A DNA stretch of 64,000 nucleotides from the NCBI GenBank assembly GCA_964270895.1, contig OZ185449.1, one strand, 5' to 3'. This stretch comes from Podarcis filfolensis (lineage: Eukaryota). A program made the translations under genes and the position numbers. This document shows, one piece after another, positions 32,870 through 45,879 of the stretch; the stretch's first letter is position 1, and each line of letters opens with the position of its first letter. A model generated the notes under the pieces. That model had not been told where the DNA came from. It saw only the letters and a list, made by a program, of their open reading frames with translations, and searched no databases.

Positions 32870-35800
32870 ACCTCCAACCACCCCTGCAAAGCTGCCAGCT
32901 AGGATAGCCCCATTCTGCAGCTGCATCACATTGCCCAAGCATTCAGCACAGAGATGTGCCCCCCTCATGTGAACATACCTTAAGTGGTGTGAAATCCACA
33001 GCACCTGCTTCTGGAAGGGTCTCCTCAACCCCCCTCTTCAGCACCCAACTCTCCAGTGCAGCAGCAAAGGCTGCTTGGAAGGGGGGGTCACAATGAGGAG
33101 GTGCCCCCTCCTGCCTCAGTCCTTCCCGCCTCAGCCCCTCCTGCCTGTCCTCCTTGCTTCTGCTGTGAGGAGTTTCAGCTTCAGACTAAGTCAAACCTCC
33201 TCAGCAGGAGCAGCAGGAGCAGCGCAAAGCAGCATCTCAATGAACAGGGCCGGATATGCAGCTTAACATTCAGGCCATTCTCTGCAATGAATAGAGCCCT
33301 TTGACGAGAGACCTGAAGCAAAGGCCAGTTTCAAACTGAAGCTCGGAAGAAAAGGAGGGGAGAGAGAGAGAGAGAGAAAGAAAAAGGGAGGAGAAGGGGG
33401 GGGGAGGATCAGTGCCAGAGGAATGCTCAGGGTGTTGGTACAAGACAGACTTTTGATGAGTCACTGCAATGCAAACAAAGATGGCAGAAATACTGTATGG
33501 GGCGCTGATGAAATGCTTAGTGGTGCCACAGCAACTGAGACAGGGCTCAGGATTTATGGCACAGTTTTGCATATGAATTAAGCTGCAAAACGCCTCCTCT
33601 CCCATCCAGCACATCCAGAGTGTCAAAGCATTTAAAGTATTCCAAACAGTCTGCAGAGCTGGCGCAGCGGAGGCTCTCCATTAACTCCTCAGGGTGAGAA
33701 GGAACAAAGGACAGGAGGAACCAGGGCAAAGGCAAAATACCCCCCACCCACCTTTTACTATCCCCTCCTTCTGCCTGATAAGGTCAATGGCCAGGGTGTC
33801 ACAAAAGGAGGGGGTGTACGCACACATGGGGGGGTGTACATACACACACCCTTCACAAAACAGGCCTGCCCTGGAGCCTGCCTCAAAACCCTGAGCCTGA
33901 TCCAGGGGCAATACCAGTGCTGGAGCTGGCTCTGAGCCCACCTTGTAGCATGGTCCCCACCCCATGCCCCTGTGTCATTTTCACTATGTGCTCTGGAATC
34001 TGCTTGCAATCCCCCAGCAACTGCTGGAGGAAGCCTGGTCTATTACCACTGGAATCTCCTTGGGACAGAGACCTGTTTTCCTTCTACAGTGCAAGTTATT
34101 AAGACTAAGTGTTTCAGGTCACTGAGCCAGTTGCCTTCCACTTTCTACCCCCACTCCACACACCACACTCCTCCCTTTGCACCATTACTCAGACCTGAGC
34201 CCCTTCTTGCAAGACACTCCCAACCAGAAAGACACATTCGCTCAAAGACTGCAAGTCCTCCGCTGGAGGACTGGAAGGTTTAGGTGGAAAAGAAACTCCA
34301 GGGAGGGGAGGGGGAAGCATCCTATCATATTCCCCCCCCCCCACAAAGCCTCTCACAACACTTTTATTTTCCAGTGAAACAATTGGAAATTGGGGAGGGG
34401 GCCCCTCTGGGAGTGTACATTAAGGTTTCTCTTGGCCTCACTAGTCCAGCTGCCACTGATGTTCTCTCCCTCCGCCCCCCCTACACACACATTTGCGGCA
34501 ACCTGACCTGACCCTAAAGATCACTTTGGCTAGCAAGGGGCTAAAAGGGAACCTCCTGGGCTGGCTGGCTGAACTTGCAATGATGCATAACCTCCCAAAT
34601 ACACACACAGCTTCTAATTCCTACAATATAATCTAAATCTGCTGTTTGTTGAAGCTTTTGGGGAAGGGCTGCTTAAAAATTGGTGGGAAGTATTAGCAAA
34701 CCCCATTTTTTATTTACTAACACATATAAAAGGATTTATATACTGCCCGCTCAGAAATTATAAGGATCATCTTGAGAGCCTCTAGATCAGTGGTTCCCAA
34801 TTACGTAGCTAAGCACTGAGGACCCTGTTTTTCAAAAGCCAAGTTATGGACCCCCTACTTTTGAAAATGTTGTTATCTGTGGTAGTTTTTGTTACGTGAA
34901 TGGTGCTGTCATACCCTCCAACATGTCCCAGCGCAAAACAAGACACGTGTCTTCCAGGCCGCACTCCTGCATAAGTCACATGACCCATGCAAGAACATGG
35001 CACCTAAAAAACACATATTTTGGGGCACCGCAATCTCGCACGCTTTTGGACACCATGCTCTCATGCAAGCACGGGCCCCCAAAATCACACACACTCTTAA
35101 GGTGAGCCTCCCCACATAAATACCACTTTTTAAAAATGTAACCCACCTTGCCACAAAGGGTAGGTAACTAATAAAAGAAAAATCAATCAATCATGAATTT
35201 GGGACTTGCTTTTTTCAAAGGTCTGTGTTTGCTTATATTACTCAGCAACCACAGAAGCAGGAAATTACTCCTTTTTCCTTTCCTTGAAAGAGAGGGATGC
35301 TAGAGTTTCAAAAATGTCCACAAAAAAGGGCCATTTCTCTCTCCAGTTAATTCATCAACTGTTAATTCAGATTTTAGCCTTGTTGCATTACAGATGGTTG
35401 CCACACAAGCTGTCTGAATTCTAGTTATCCCTTAAAAAGAGACTTAAAGGCCTCAGAAGGGGAGAGACCTGGAGCCTGATCTGTCTCCTTATCACAAGTG
35501 GAGCAATAGGCACCAGACAGATCCAGCCTCAGTGGTCATAGCACTAGGGAATTTCAGACCTAGAACTTAATGGCCTTGAGATGGGTGGCTCTTGAGATGG
35601 CTGCAGTTGAGAATCTCCCAGCTCATGTTGCCCTCTCCCCCAGTTGCCACCCCAAACTTCAGGATGGCTTCTGCACAAAATATAGAGTTGCATCCAACAT
35701 TAGACAGGCTCAGGGAACACCAAGCAAAATCAATTTCCATTAATTTCTGAGTAAAAACTTGGTTAGATACAACACAGAGGTTTACCAACCCTAATAAAAA

Positions 35801-36975
35801 AACCCCAAAACACTCTTTGTGTATTGCAGTTTCACATTTTAAACTCACTTAAATTATAGCACTAACATGACTATAGGAATGTGGGGTTTGCTTCAGCTGC
35901 CCCGATGCTAAAACACATTTATCATTTTGCTGGAGAGAAGGGTAAAGTATTTTTAAACAATACTTTTAAACAATTTGCAAGTAAAAAAGCAGTTCTGTAG
36001 CCATGTACATGTCTGGCCAGTTGGCTTCTAACTATATACCTCTGTCAGGCAACTCCTGCAGCCAAGCTGGTGCCAAACATATTTCTCTGCTTTCCTTTGC
36101 ACCACATCAGTATGGCCAGTAAGAGTCTTGTCTTCTGAACAGCCCAGGACCTCCATACACACTGCCCAGGACTATGCCCTGATCACTTCAATGCTGCAAA
36201 ACGCAGCAAAAACGCAGGAAGCAGAAGTTATGAGTTATAAGCTCAGTCTGATTGACGTAAGGTACGAGCACAATGGGTAGATTTCGTCAGTGGGAGAGAT
36301 CATCATGTCTCACTTGTCAGCTACTGCCCACCTAAAGCCAGGCAGTCCTCGGTCAATAAAGTGATGGCCTGCCACTGTCCACCTGCTTCAATGGGTGCTT
36401 GAAACTCAGAGTATCAATCAAGAAACAGACCAAACTACTATACCAGGTAAAAAATAAAAGAAACAAATCCTCTTGCACCTAGCAAGTTGGTATGTCAAGA
36501 CCATGTGTCCTCGCTCGTCCACTGAACTGCTGCAAGTTAATGACTCATGGAAGACTGCGATCTGAAAAAATTCAAACACTGACATGACATTCTACAGGAA
36601 ACCAGACTCGCTTCGAATGGCAGACTCTGAGAGAAGAACTACACCATTTTCTGGCAAGGAGGTCATCCGGAAGACACATGTGTTCATGGCGTAGGATTCA
36701 CAGTGGGGAACTCTCTTCTGTCTGCGACAGAACCAGCTGAGGGCTCAGAACACTTGCTTTCTCTCCACCTCTCAACCACCTTCGGTCCAGTTAACATATT
36801 GAGTGTCTATGTTCCCACTATGTTCCCTTACATACAAACCAAGGACCAGTTCTACAAGCAACTAGACCAGGCTGTCAGGAGGGTCCCAGACTGTGAACAC
36901 CTATTTCTGCCGGGAGGTTTCAATGCAAGAATAGGGGGTGATAATCACACATGGGACAACTGCATAGGCCTCTTT

Positions 36976-37225
36976 CAGGGGTCAGCAAACCTTTTCAGCA
37001 GGGGGCCAGTCCACTGTCCCTCAGAACTTGTGGGGGGACTATATTTTTTTGGGAGGGAGGGATGAACAAATTCCTATGTCCCACAAATAACCCAGAGATG
37101 CATTTTAAATAAAAGAACACATTCTACTCATGTAAAAACACACTGATTCCCGGACCGCCCACGGGCCAGATGTAGAAGATGATTGGACCAGATCCGGCCT
37201 CTGGGCTTTAGTTTGCCTACCCATC
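36976..37225. mobile_element. hAT MITE nested in RTE
   Basis: 8-bp TSD GCCTCTTT (36968-36975, 37226-37233); removal restores the RTE reading CIGLF-GTGSINE. A truncated inverted copy of the same family lies at ~45670-45840. Confidence 0.85.
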
Positions 37226-37645
37226 GCCTCTTTGGTACTGGCAGCATTAATGAGAGCAGACAAAGGCTGCTTGAGCTGTGCTTGTATCAAAGCCTCTGCA
37301 TCACAAACTTGTTCTTCTCTACCAGGGTAAAACAGCAAATTTCCTGGAAGTATCCAAGGTCAGGCCACTAGTACCAGATGGACTTGATTATCACCAGGTG
37401 AACGGCACTGAACTGTGTTTGCGTCACACAAAGTTACCACAGTGCTGACTGCGACACTGATCACTCCCCCTGGTGGGAAGCAAGATCCATCTCCAGCCAA
37501 AGAGGACCCATAGCACAAAGTGTGGTTTCGAATCAACAGTGGCAGAAAAATCATACTTGAACTTTGTGAATGCTTCTGTGATTCTGCCGAACAAGTGTTG
37601 AAGTAAGGTGGAAACACATCAAAGAGGCAACCTACAACACAGCTA

Positions 37646-38577
37646 CCATATTTTTCGCTCTATAGGACGCACCAGATGATAAGACGCACCTAGTTATGGG
37701 GGGAGGAAAACAGGAAGAATAAAATTATGAATCCCAGAAGCCAGAACAGCAAGAGGGATCTGGCTTCTGGGATAGCCTCTTGCTGTTCTGGCTTCTGGGA
37801 CAGCTGCTGAAGCCTCTCCCAGGCAGCGGGATGAAGACTCCCCCTGCCCGGAAGAGTCTGCGTGTGGGTAAGCTGCCCTCTGTACCTTCCCCCATCTCCC
37901 GCAAGAGCTGCATGCTCTTTAAAGGGAGTGCGGCTCTTGGGGGCTTTTCTGGGAGGTGGGGGAAGGGACAGAGCTGCACGCTCTGTCCCTTCCCCCCACT
38001 TCCCGCAAGAGCTGCACGAAGCCTCCGCAGGGCAGTGGGGAGCCTTCGGCCCACTGCCCTAAGAGGCATCGCGGGGCTTTCCAAAAGCCAGAATAGCTAG
38101 AGGGAGCACTGCGCAGCGCTCCCTCTAGCTGTTGTAGCTTCATGCGAAGCCTCCGCAGGGCACAGGGAGCCTTCATCCCCATGTCCTGCGGAGGCTTCTG
38201 GGACAGCCTGCGAATCCTCCGGAGGGCAGCGGGATGAAGGCACCACGCTGCCCTGCAGAGGCTTTGCGCAGCTAAGCCCGAAGCTAGAACAGCGAGACGG
38301 AGCGCTGCATAGCACTCTGTCTCGCTGTTCTGGCTTCTGGGACAGCCTATGAAGCCTCTGCAGGGCAGTGGGGTGCCTTCATCCCGCTGCCCTGCGGAGG
38401 CTTTGCGCAGCTAAACCAGAAACTAGAACAGCGAGAGGGAGCACTGCGCAACGCTCCCTCTCCCTGTTCTGGCTTCTGGCTTAGCCGTGCAGCCTGCATT
38501 CGCTCCGTAAGACGCACACACATTTTCTCTTACTTTTTAGGAGCGAAAAAGTGTGTCTTATAGAGCGAAAAATACGG
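37646..38577. mobile_element. Non-autonomous Tc1/mariner-pogo element, 932 bp, nested in RTE
   Basis: TIRs CCATATTTTTCGCTCTATAGGACGCAC / GTGTGTCTTATAGAGCGAAAAATACGG with a TA duplication. Removal restores the RTE reading YNTA-ISSFGKR. Confidence 0.88.
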
Positions 38578-40608
38578 TATATCCTCCTTTGGCAAAAGAG
38601 ACCAACAGTTCCCAGACTGGTTTGAGGTTGGCATGAAGGACATGGAGCCTGTTATCACTGTAAAGCGCAAGGCTCTTCTGAACTACAAGCGCTGCAAAAA
38701 GACACCTGTTACACTGAGAAAGGCAAGGAGTGATGCCCAGCACACTGCCAGATAATGTGCCAATAACTACTGGCTAAAGCTGTGTCACAGCATTCAATTC
38801 ATTGCTGACACTGGCAACACTCGCAAAACGTATAATGGCATGAAGAAAGCTTTTGGACCAACAGTCATGAAAACTGCACCACTAAAAACTTTTGCCAGGA
38901 GAGATCATCAGAGACTGCAGCAACCAGACAAAGTGATGGACAGAGCACTACCAAGAACTGTACTCATGGGAAAACATGGTCTCTGACACAGCAGTCAACA
39001 GTGTCCTGCCTGCCTGCCTTGGAAGAGTGGGATGTCACTCCCTTCCTTGACAAGCTGAAGAATACCACCAACTCTCAAGCATGTGGTAAAGCCCCAAGAC
39101 AGGATGGAATCCTAACAGAAGTGCTGAAAGCTGGCTTCAATTCCTCCCTCATGATGCACCTCCATGGCTTTATCTTGCAGTGTTAGAAACAAGGATCTAT
39201 GCCACAAGACATGCATGACTCCAGCATTGTGACCCTCTACAAAAACAAAGGTGACCACCATGGCTGTAACAACTAACATGGAATCTCCCCACTGAGTACT
39301 GTGGGGAAAGCCTTCACCTGTGTAGTTCTCAACAGATTACAGTCACTCGCCAACATAGTTTATCTCAAGCCACAACATGGCTTTAGAGCTCAGAAGTCAA
39401 CAGTCAACATGATTTTCTCAATGCATCAGCTGAAGGAGAAATGCCAGGAGCAGAGATGCCTCTTGTACATCAACTTCATAGACCTGACAAAGGCCTTTGA
39501 TCTCATCAGCCAAAACAGGCTCTTCACACTGCTCAACAAGATGTGGTACCCACCAAAGCTTCACAAAATGATCATGTCTCCGCACCAAGACAAAAGTGCA
39601 GCGGGTGCTTATCAGAGAGATGTTTGCAGATGAAGCAGCCTTTACAGCACACTCCAAGGAAGCTCTACAGAGGCTCATCAACCATCTTGCCCAAGCCTGC
39701 AGGGAGGTCGGCCTTACCATCATCCTGACAAAGACCAACATCCTGGGGCAGGACATTGCCAGCACTCCATGCATCAGCATTGGTGACCAAACGCTTAAGG
39801 TTATAGACAATTTTGTGCTTCTGGGCTCCACCATAACCAGCAACCTCTCCACTGATGCTCAGCTGGACAAGTGTACTGGCAAGGCAGCTCTGGCAATGGC
39901 TCACCTCTCCAAAAAGGGTATCGGAGAATGTGATGCTAATGACCAATACCTAGATGAAGGTCTACCAGGCTTGCATCTAGAGCATGCTGCTTTATGGAAG
40001 TGAGTGGAGGGCAACTAACAGCTGTCAGGAGTGATGCTTCAAAGCCTTCCACATGTACTGCGTCAGGAAGATTTTGGGCATCACATGGCAGGACAGAGTC
40101 TCAAACAAAGATATGCTCTCCCAAATCCAAATTCCCAGCATGTTCACACTCCTGTCTCAGTGATGTCTACACTGGCTTGGCCATGTCCACAGAATGGAAG
40201 ATGGAAGGATCCCCAAGGACATATTCTACAGGGAGCTGGCTACAGGGACCAGGCCTGTTAGCAGACCAACCATGTGTTACATAGATGTCTGCAAACAAGA
40301 CATGATTGCTGGTGACATCAACCCTGCTGTGTGATAATCTCTTGCAAATGACCACAGTGCCTGTGGTCGTGTATCCATAGCAGTGACCAGAGGAGGAATG
40401 ATTGCTGGGAGGAGGGCAAAGAGAAGAAACGCCATGATACATCTCTAACAGTGATCACTAACACCTTCATCTGCCCTAGCTACAATAACACATTTCTCTT
40501 CTGCATCAATCTCTACAGCCACAGCAGACACTGTAACTCTCCAATGGTTTGACTTTACCCCAAAGGCACATTCCTCCATTGTCTCCTGAGACAGAGAGAT
40601 TTTAACAA

Positions 40609-40648
<40 letters not shown>

Positions 40649-40651
40649 GTA

Positions 40652-40873
40652 CAGTGGAACCTCTACTCACGTATGGAATCCATTCAAGAGGTCCGTTCGT
40701 GAGTTGATCCGGGTCACTGGTAGAAGCGCCATTCTGTGTGTGTGCATTCAGTGGCAGCACCGTTCTGTGCGCGTGCGTGAATCATGGCAAACCCGGTATT
40801 TACTTCCGGGTTTGCTATGGTTGCGAGTCGAACTGTTTGCAAGTAGGGGCGGTGGTAAGTGGAGGTTCTACTG
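40652..40873. mobile_element. Tc1/mariner (Tigger-like) MITE
   Basis: TA-CAGTGGAACCTC...GAGGTTCTACTG-TA. Confidence 0.85.
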
Positions 40874-41611
40874 TAGTATGAACTGAAGGATGCTGTGGTG
40901 ATTGCAGCTCAGGGACTTTTAAACTTCAAGGAGCAGCAGGAGCAGCCTACCGTATTGCTTGTATGGCCTACCTTCAGTTTTCAGGTATGAGGGGAAATCC
41001 ACAGAGCCCCCCCAGGTAGCACTTGTGTGCAAAAAGACATTTTTCCCCTCCAGACTATCTTTCAGCACTTTTGAGCTGAAAGGGGGAAAGCTGCCCAAAC
41101 CCTTTAAAATCCCCACACTGTGAAGATGCACCACTTAGCACAATGCAAGATCCAGACCTGTGAGCCTGGCTTCCAACCACCTCCTGGGGAAACTATTGTG
41201 GCTGCACCTTAAAGGTGCATAACACTCTCTGGATGGGGTCCTATGCACTGCAATCCTGCACTCTGTTAAGAAGCTCTAGTTCTATTGAAATCAATGAGGT
41301 TTGCAGGCACTGAAGGACTGCTCTCCAAAATCCTGACAAGTGGCCACTTTTCATCCACGGCAAGAAGCCACAGTTGAGTGGCATAGCAGCAGCTCTGCAG
41401 GCAGAAGACCTCGGGTTCAATCCCCCAAGGCAAACACCTCCAGTTAAAAGGAACAGAGGGAGGAGTTGCTGGGTGAGACCTTGAACAGTTACTGACAGCC
41501 AGAGTAGACAACACTGGCTCCAACAGAGGACAAGGCTATCAAAAGCTACTAGCTATTGTGCAAAGCGTCAAATGGACAGTTTTATTGTTATTTATTAATT
41601 AAATTTGTATA

Positions 41612-41831
41612 CAGTGGTACCTCAGGTTAAGTACTTAATTCGTTCCGGAGGTCCGTTCTTAACCTGAAACTGTTCTTAACCTGAAGCACCACTAATGGGG
41701 CCTCCCGCTGCTGCCGCGCTGCCAGAGCACGATTTCTATTCTCATCCTGAAGCAAAGTTCTTAACCCAAGGTACTATTTCTGGGTTAGCGGAGTCTGTAA
41801 CCTGTAGCGTATGTAACCCAAGGTACCACTG
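41612..41831. mobile_element. Tc1/mariner (Tigger-like) MITE inserted in an L2-type tail
   Basis: TA-CAGTGGTACCT...AGGTACCACTG-TA; the flanks rejoin as aaatttgtata-ctgcccttcat. Confidence 0.88.
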
Positions 41832-42065
41832 TACTGCCCTTCATCTGAAGATCACAGGGTGGTTCAGCTAGGGTGCTGTTGCACACAGGTCCTGCTTGTG
41901 GGCTTCCAACTAGTCATCTGGCTTCCCTCTGTGAGAACAGAATGCCTCTGGGCAGGTCCAGCTGCAGGGCTCTTATGACTCTATAGAGCACTCTATAGTC
42001 TCTCCCCCCCCATCAGCCCCAGAAAGGTTGGGAAAAGATGTTATCAAAGCAAAACATTAGAGGAC

Positions 42066-42262
42066 GAAGCCAGATAGCTCAGTGACAGAGCACCTGCTTT
42101 GTATGCAGAAGATCCCAGGTTGAAGCCCTACTGGCATCATCTCCAGGTAAGGGCTGGGATTGCCTCCTGCCTGAAACCCTGGAGAGCCACTGGTTCCTGT
42201 CAGTGAAACAACACTGTGCTACAGGGACTAATATTCCAACCTGGTATAAGGTGGCTTCCTAA
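42066..42262 (+). mobile_element. tRNA-derived SINE (old family; related fragments at ~11.0-11.15, 30.37-30.49, 41.36-41.52 and 53.95-54.08 kb)
   Basis: A-box-like tagctcagtgacagagc and B-box-like ccaggttgaagccc, followed by the body cctgaaaccctggagagccactg. Confidence 0.7.
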
Positions 42263-43944
42263 GTAACATGCTACCAACAGAGCAAGTTGCCCAAACATAC
42301 AACAGCTCCTTCTCAAAGAGCAGCACACTGATTACAGCTTCCACAAGGAGGAAAGCAACCAAAGACAGTGTTGCCTTCTAACCACCCTTCCCAACTAATA
42401 TGCCTCCCAAACCACAGCCATTTTCTGGAGGGTGTCAAAAACAACCCCAAAGCAATGTTACCTTTACAGAGAATGCTGATCAAGATACTGAGGCCAAGGA
42501 GGGGAGCTGTAGTTGGGGTGGGGTGGGGTTCCCCCCACCTTCATAGTACAGAAGCATTCAGAAGAAGGGATGGGGGTGGTTCACAGTGCCGATAGTGCCT
42601 GGCATTTCAAGATTTCAGGTGAAGATGAAAAGAATGGGAAGTGGCATGCCGCACCAAAGGGTCCCAGTTCAAAAAGAGGAACCCCGAAGAAGGAAGAGGA
42701 GGCTGGATGCCCAAAGTCTACAGGCAACCACCACAAGGACAAGAGTAGCAGATGCGGAGCAGAGCCACCGAGGCAGCATTTGCTGAGAAGCCCCCGGCTA
42801 GCCGGCTGGCCTCAAACCTCCTCCCTAAAGCACCAGGACAGCAAAGCAGAAGAGGAATATACCTCTTTGCATTCACACCCTCTCTCTCCTCTAGCAGGCG
42901 GTTTCTTGCTTCAGCTCATTGCCTAGTATGGTGGCATGGGATGTCTAGCCCTGAACTTTGGGTGGTTGTTTTTTTTCTCTCCCTTCAGCAAGTTACTCTG
43001 TGAGTCAGCAGAAACAGACATGAGAGCACCAGGAATGCTGCCTAGTTCTGATGCAATGGGGACGGGTGGGTTCCCCCCCTTTTTTTAAGGCAGGGGAAAG
43101 GGAAAGGCAGCTCACTCCTCCATCTGGCTGGCTGGCAGGCAAGTACCTGAGGGACTCACTTTTGCAGGGTCTGCAGAGGCGCTTCTCTCTCCTTGCCTCC
43201 CATGACACTGGACAGGAACCTGAGCATAGTGTCCCCCATTTGGATTAGCAGCCAAAGGCTACAAGGCAGCCTTAGGCCAGATTCAGGTGGGATTCCCCCA
43301 GTCTCCCCCCCTCCTGACCTCCGCAGCACCACCCCCTTCAAAATTAGGGGAGGGGGGCTAACTGGATGTCCCCCCAGCCTCTGGACTCCCTCAGCAGCTG
43401 CTGTGCCTGCATGCAGCTGTCCCATGCAGTGAGCCACAGAACTACAACGAGCCACACACTCTGCCCCCCACCCAATTTGGCCACTGGACCTTCATGGGCA
43501 GGAAGGGGTTGAAAAGGCTGCTGTTTCAGCTGGACCTTGCTTGAGCCACAAGGTCTTCCTCAGCCCACCCTGGTGTGTTCCTGTATCCTTGGTTGCTCTT
43601 TGGTCCTACTGCAGCTGCTGCTCTCAGTTTGATGCCCATGACCTCAACCTTGAAACTCTTTTCCTATGCTGGGTTTCTGTGAGTCTAGGTTTTTGCAACA
43701 AGACATTGCTAGTCCCTATTGAAATATGCAAAAAGATTAATGAATGTGGGCTTCTCATTCCCCAGAGTGTATGGGGTGTGAGGGGAGGAGTAATACCTCT
43801 GGTGGGGGACACATCATGCTCCTTTTGGGGTAGTCTGTCCACCTTGGGGTCCCCACCCTGCATTCAGCTCTCACATGTGGCTCCTAGAAGCTGTCAACAT
43901 GCAACAGCAGCCACACCCCAGGAAACAGCTTCAACTGGCTAGCT

Positions 43945-44490
43945 AAGCCAGGTGAGAGTAGCCGATGGTTCTCAAAACCTAAGTGAGTTAGGGACATCAC
44001 CTGCATATGAAGACAGGCTCCAGCAGACTGAGAAGAGAGACTAATAGTGGGTCCAATGGTCAAGAAGGCGGTTTCTGAACACGCTGTAGAGGGAAGTGAG
44101 GGGCAGATGGAGCTCATCAACCTGTGAAGGAAGCTCACAGGAGATGGAAAACTCAGATCCTAAACCTCTGCTGCCTTCTTTGGGAGAAGAAAAGGCTAAG
44201 GAGTAAACCCTACACAATTCCAGAGTGGAGTCCCTAAGATGCTTGGAAGATGCCTTGAGTATCTCCTGACAACTCCTGCAGCCAAGCTGATGCCAAACAT
44301 ATTGCTCTGCTTTTCTTTGAACCACATTCGCAAGGCTGAGAGGTGGGTCTTGCCATATGGACAGCCTGGACCTCCATATACACTGGTTACTCCCCAGCGA
44401 AATCACTTCGGTGCTGCTAATGCAATGGTTTAACTTCATCCCTGAAGGAGCACTCTACTGTCTCTGGAGACAGATGGATGCCAACAATAA
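43945..44490 (+). mobile_element. Short bipartite RTE derivative (RTE 5' region joined to RTE 3' tail)
   Basis: 44270-44385 matches 36050-36163 (RTE 5' region); 44423-44482 matches 40542-40600 (RTE 3' end). The left boundary is approximate. Confidence 0.7.
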
Positions 44491-45879
44491 GCTCACACAC
44501 ACCCCGCCAAAAATAAATAAATCAGTGGTCCTTCAGGTGCTTGGAAGTGGAGGCAGCCTGATGACTCCCTTCTTTGTTTGGTTCTGAAACTTCACATCAG
44601 CATGAAAAAAGACTCGGGCCTGTATGTTGCTGTAAGAGCTGAAACACATTCCCCATTCATACCTTCCCAATCTGCTAGCTATGAAGCTGAAGAATAAGCG
44701 AAACTGTATTCAGATGCTCATCAAAGTCAGGAAAATGATATGCAAATAGTATTTATCACATGCAACTACGATGCTGAGATTGGCATATTTTCCATTTGCA
44801 TTCATGAGCCGTGTCTGTTCTTCACGGAGACTGTGACACTGACACACACACACACACATCACGCCTGCAGCCATCGAAGTACTCTGCCTGCTTCTGTGAC
44901 CAGCAAGGCCAGACTCTACCCAGGAACAAGCCCTGCCTTCTGGGGGCAGGGGGCACATGTGTGCTGCTGCTCCACAGGGAAGAATCTGGGATTTCCTTTC
45001 ACAATGCCACCTGCGGGACAGATATCAGCAGAGTAAGGAGGGCCCTACTCAGGAAGACGGTGCAACAAAAGCTGCACAGAGATGGCCCAAGCCAGCTTGA
45101 GGCCCTGGACCACAAAACAAAGCATGAAACGGCACCCCCAAAATGGGGAAAATGTAACAATTAGCCATTTGCCACCTTGACATAGTAGTCCCAAAGAATA
45201 ACCAGCCTTGGCTGAGGGGCTCCGACATAAGCACATTGGAGAATCAAACAGAAACAGGCAAAGGAGAGACTAGACTTCAAAGAGCAGGATTTGGATGTGG
45301 TGCCCTGGAGCAACATAGTCAAAGAGCAGTGTAGGTCTCACTGCCTCCAAGGCAAGCAGTGGGTCTCGCTGCCTTGGGTCTCACTGCGGGCCACCATTCT
45401 GCATGCTGATGGGAAGGTACAAAGCAGGGGTGCTACTATGGGCATTTCACTTGCACCAACAGAAAGCAAATTGGGTGCTTATCTCAATACAAATCTGGGG
45501 AAGAGCAGCCATGTGCCCACAAGGCTGCCTCCCTTCCCATGAATCCCTATCTCTCTCAGAGGGAGCTGGAGCAAGAACCTCCACACAGGAGCTTGTCCTG
45601 GGAAGAGGAGGTTGGATGGCAGATTTCTCCATACTCCCTCCCACACAGTAGGGCAGGGTGGGGGTCTCTAGCGCATGGGTAGGTAAACTAAGGCCCGGGG
45701 ACTGGATCCAGCCCAATTGCCTTCTAAATCCAACCCACAGATGGTCCGGGAATCAGCATGTTTTTACATGAGAAGAATGTGACTTTTTATTTGTGGCGCA
45801 TAGGAATTCGTTCATTTCTTCACCCCAAAAAATATAGTCCAGTTCTCCACCATCTCCAGTCCTACAAAGCCTCCTGGAA

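Larger units (their letters stand above)
36045..40600 (+). mobile_element. Near full-length, decayed RTE-clade LINE (APE endonuclease + RT), interrupted by two DNA transposons
   Basis: Endonuclease remnants ILSVYVPT...GGFNARIG and QRLLELC; RT remnants FRAQKSTVNMIF...FIDLTKAFD and REMFADEAAF. Many stops and frameshifts. The 3' end ccattgtctcctgagacaga is followed by (AGAT/AGAC)n. Confidence 0.88.

Noticed and set aside
37725-38480. Repeat-spacer appearance superficially like a CRISPR array
   Set aside because: Eukaryotic context, irregular GC-rich modules inside a TIR transposon, and no cas genes.
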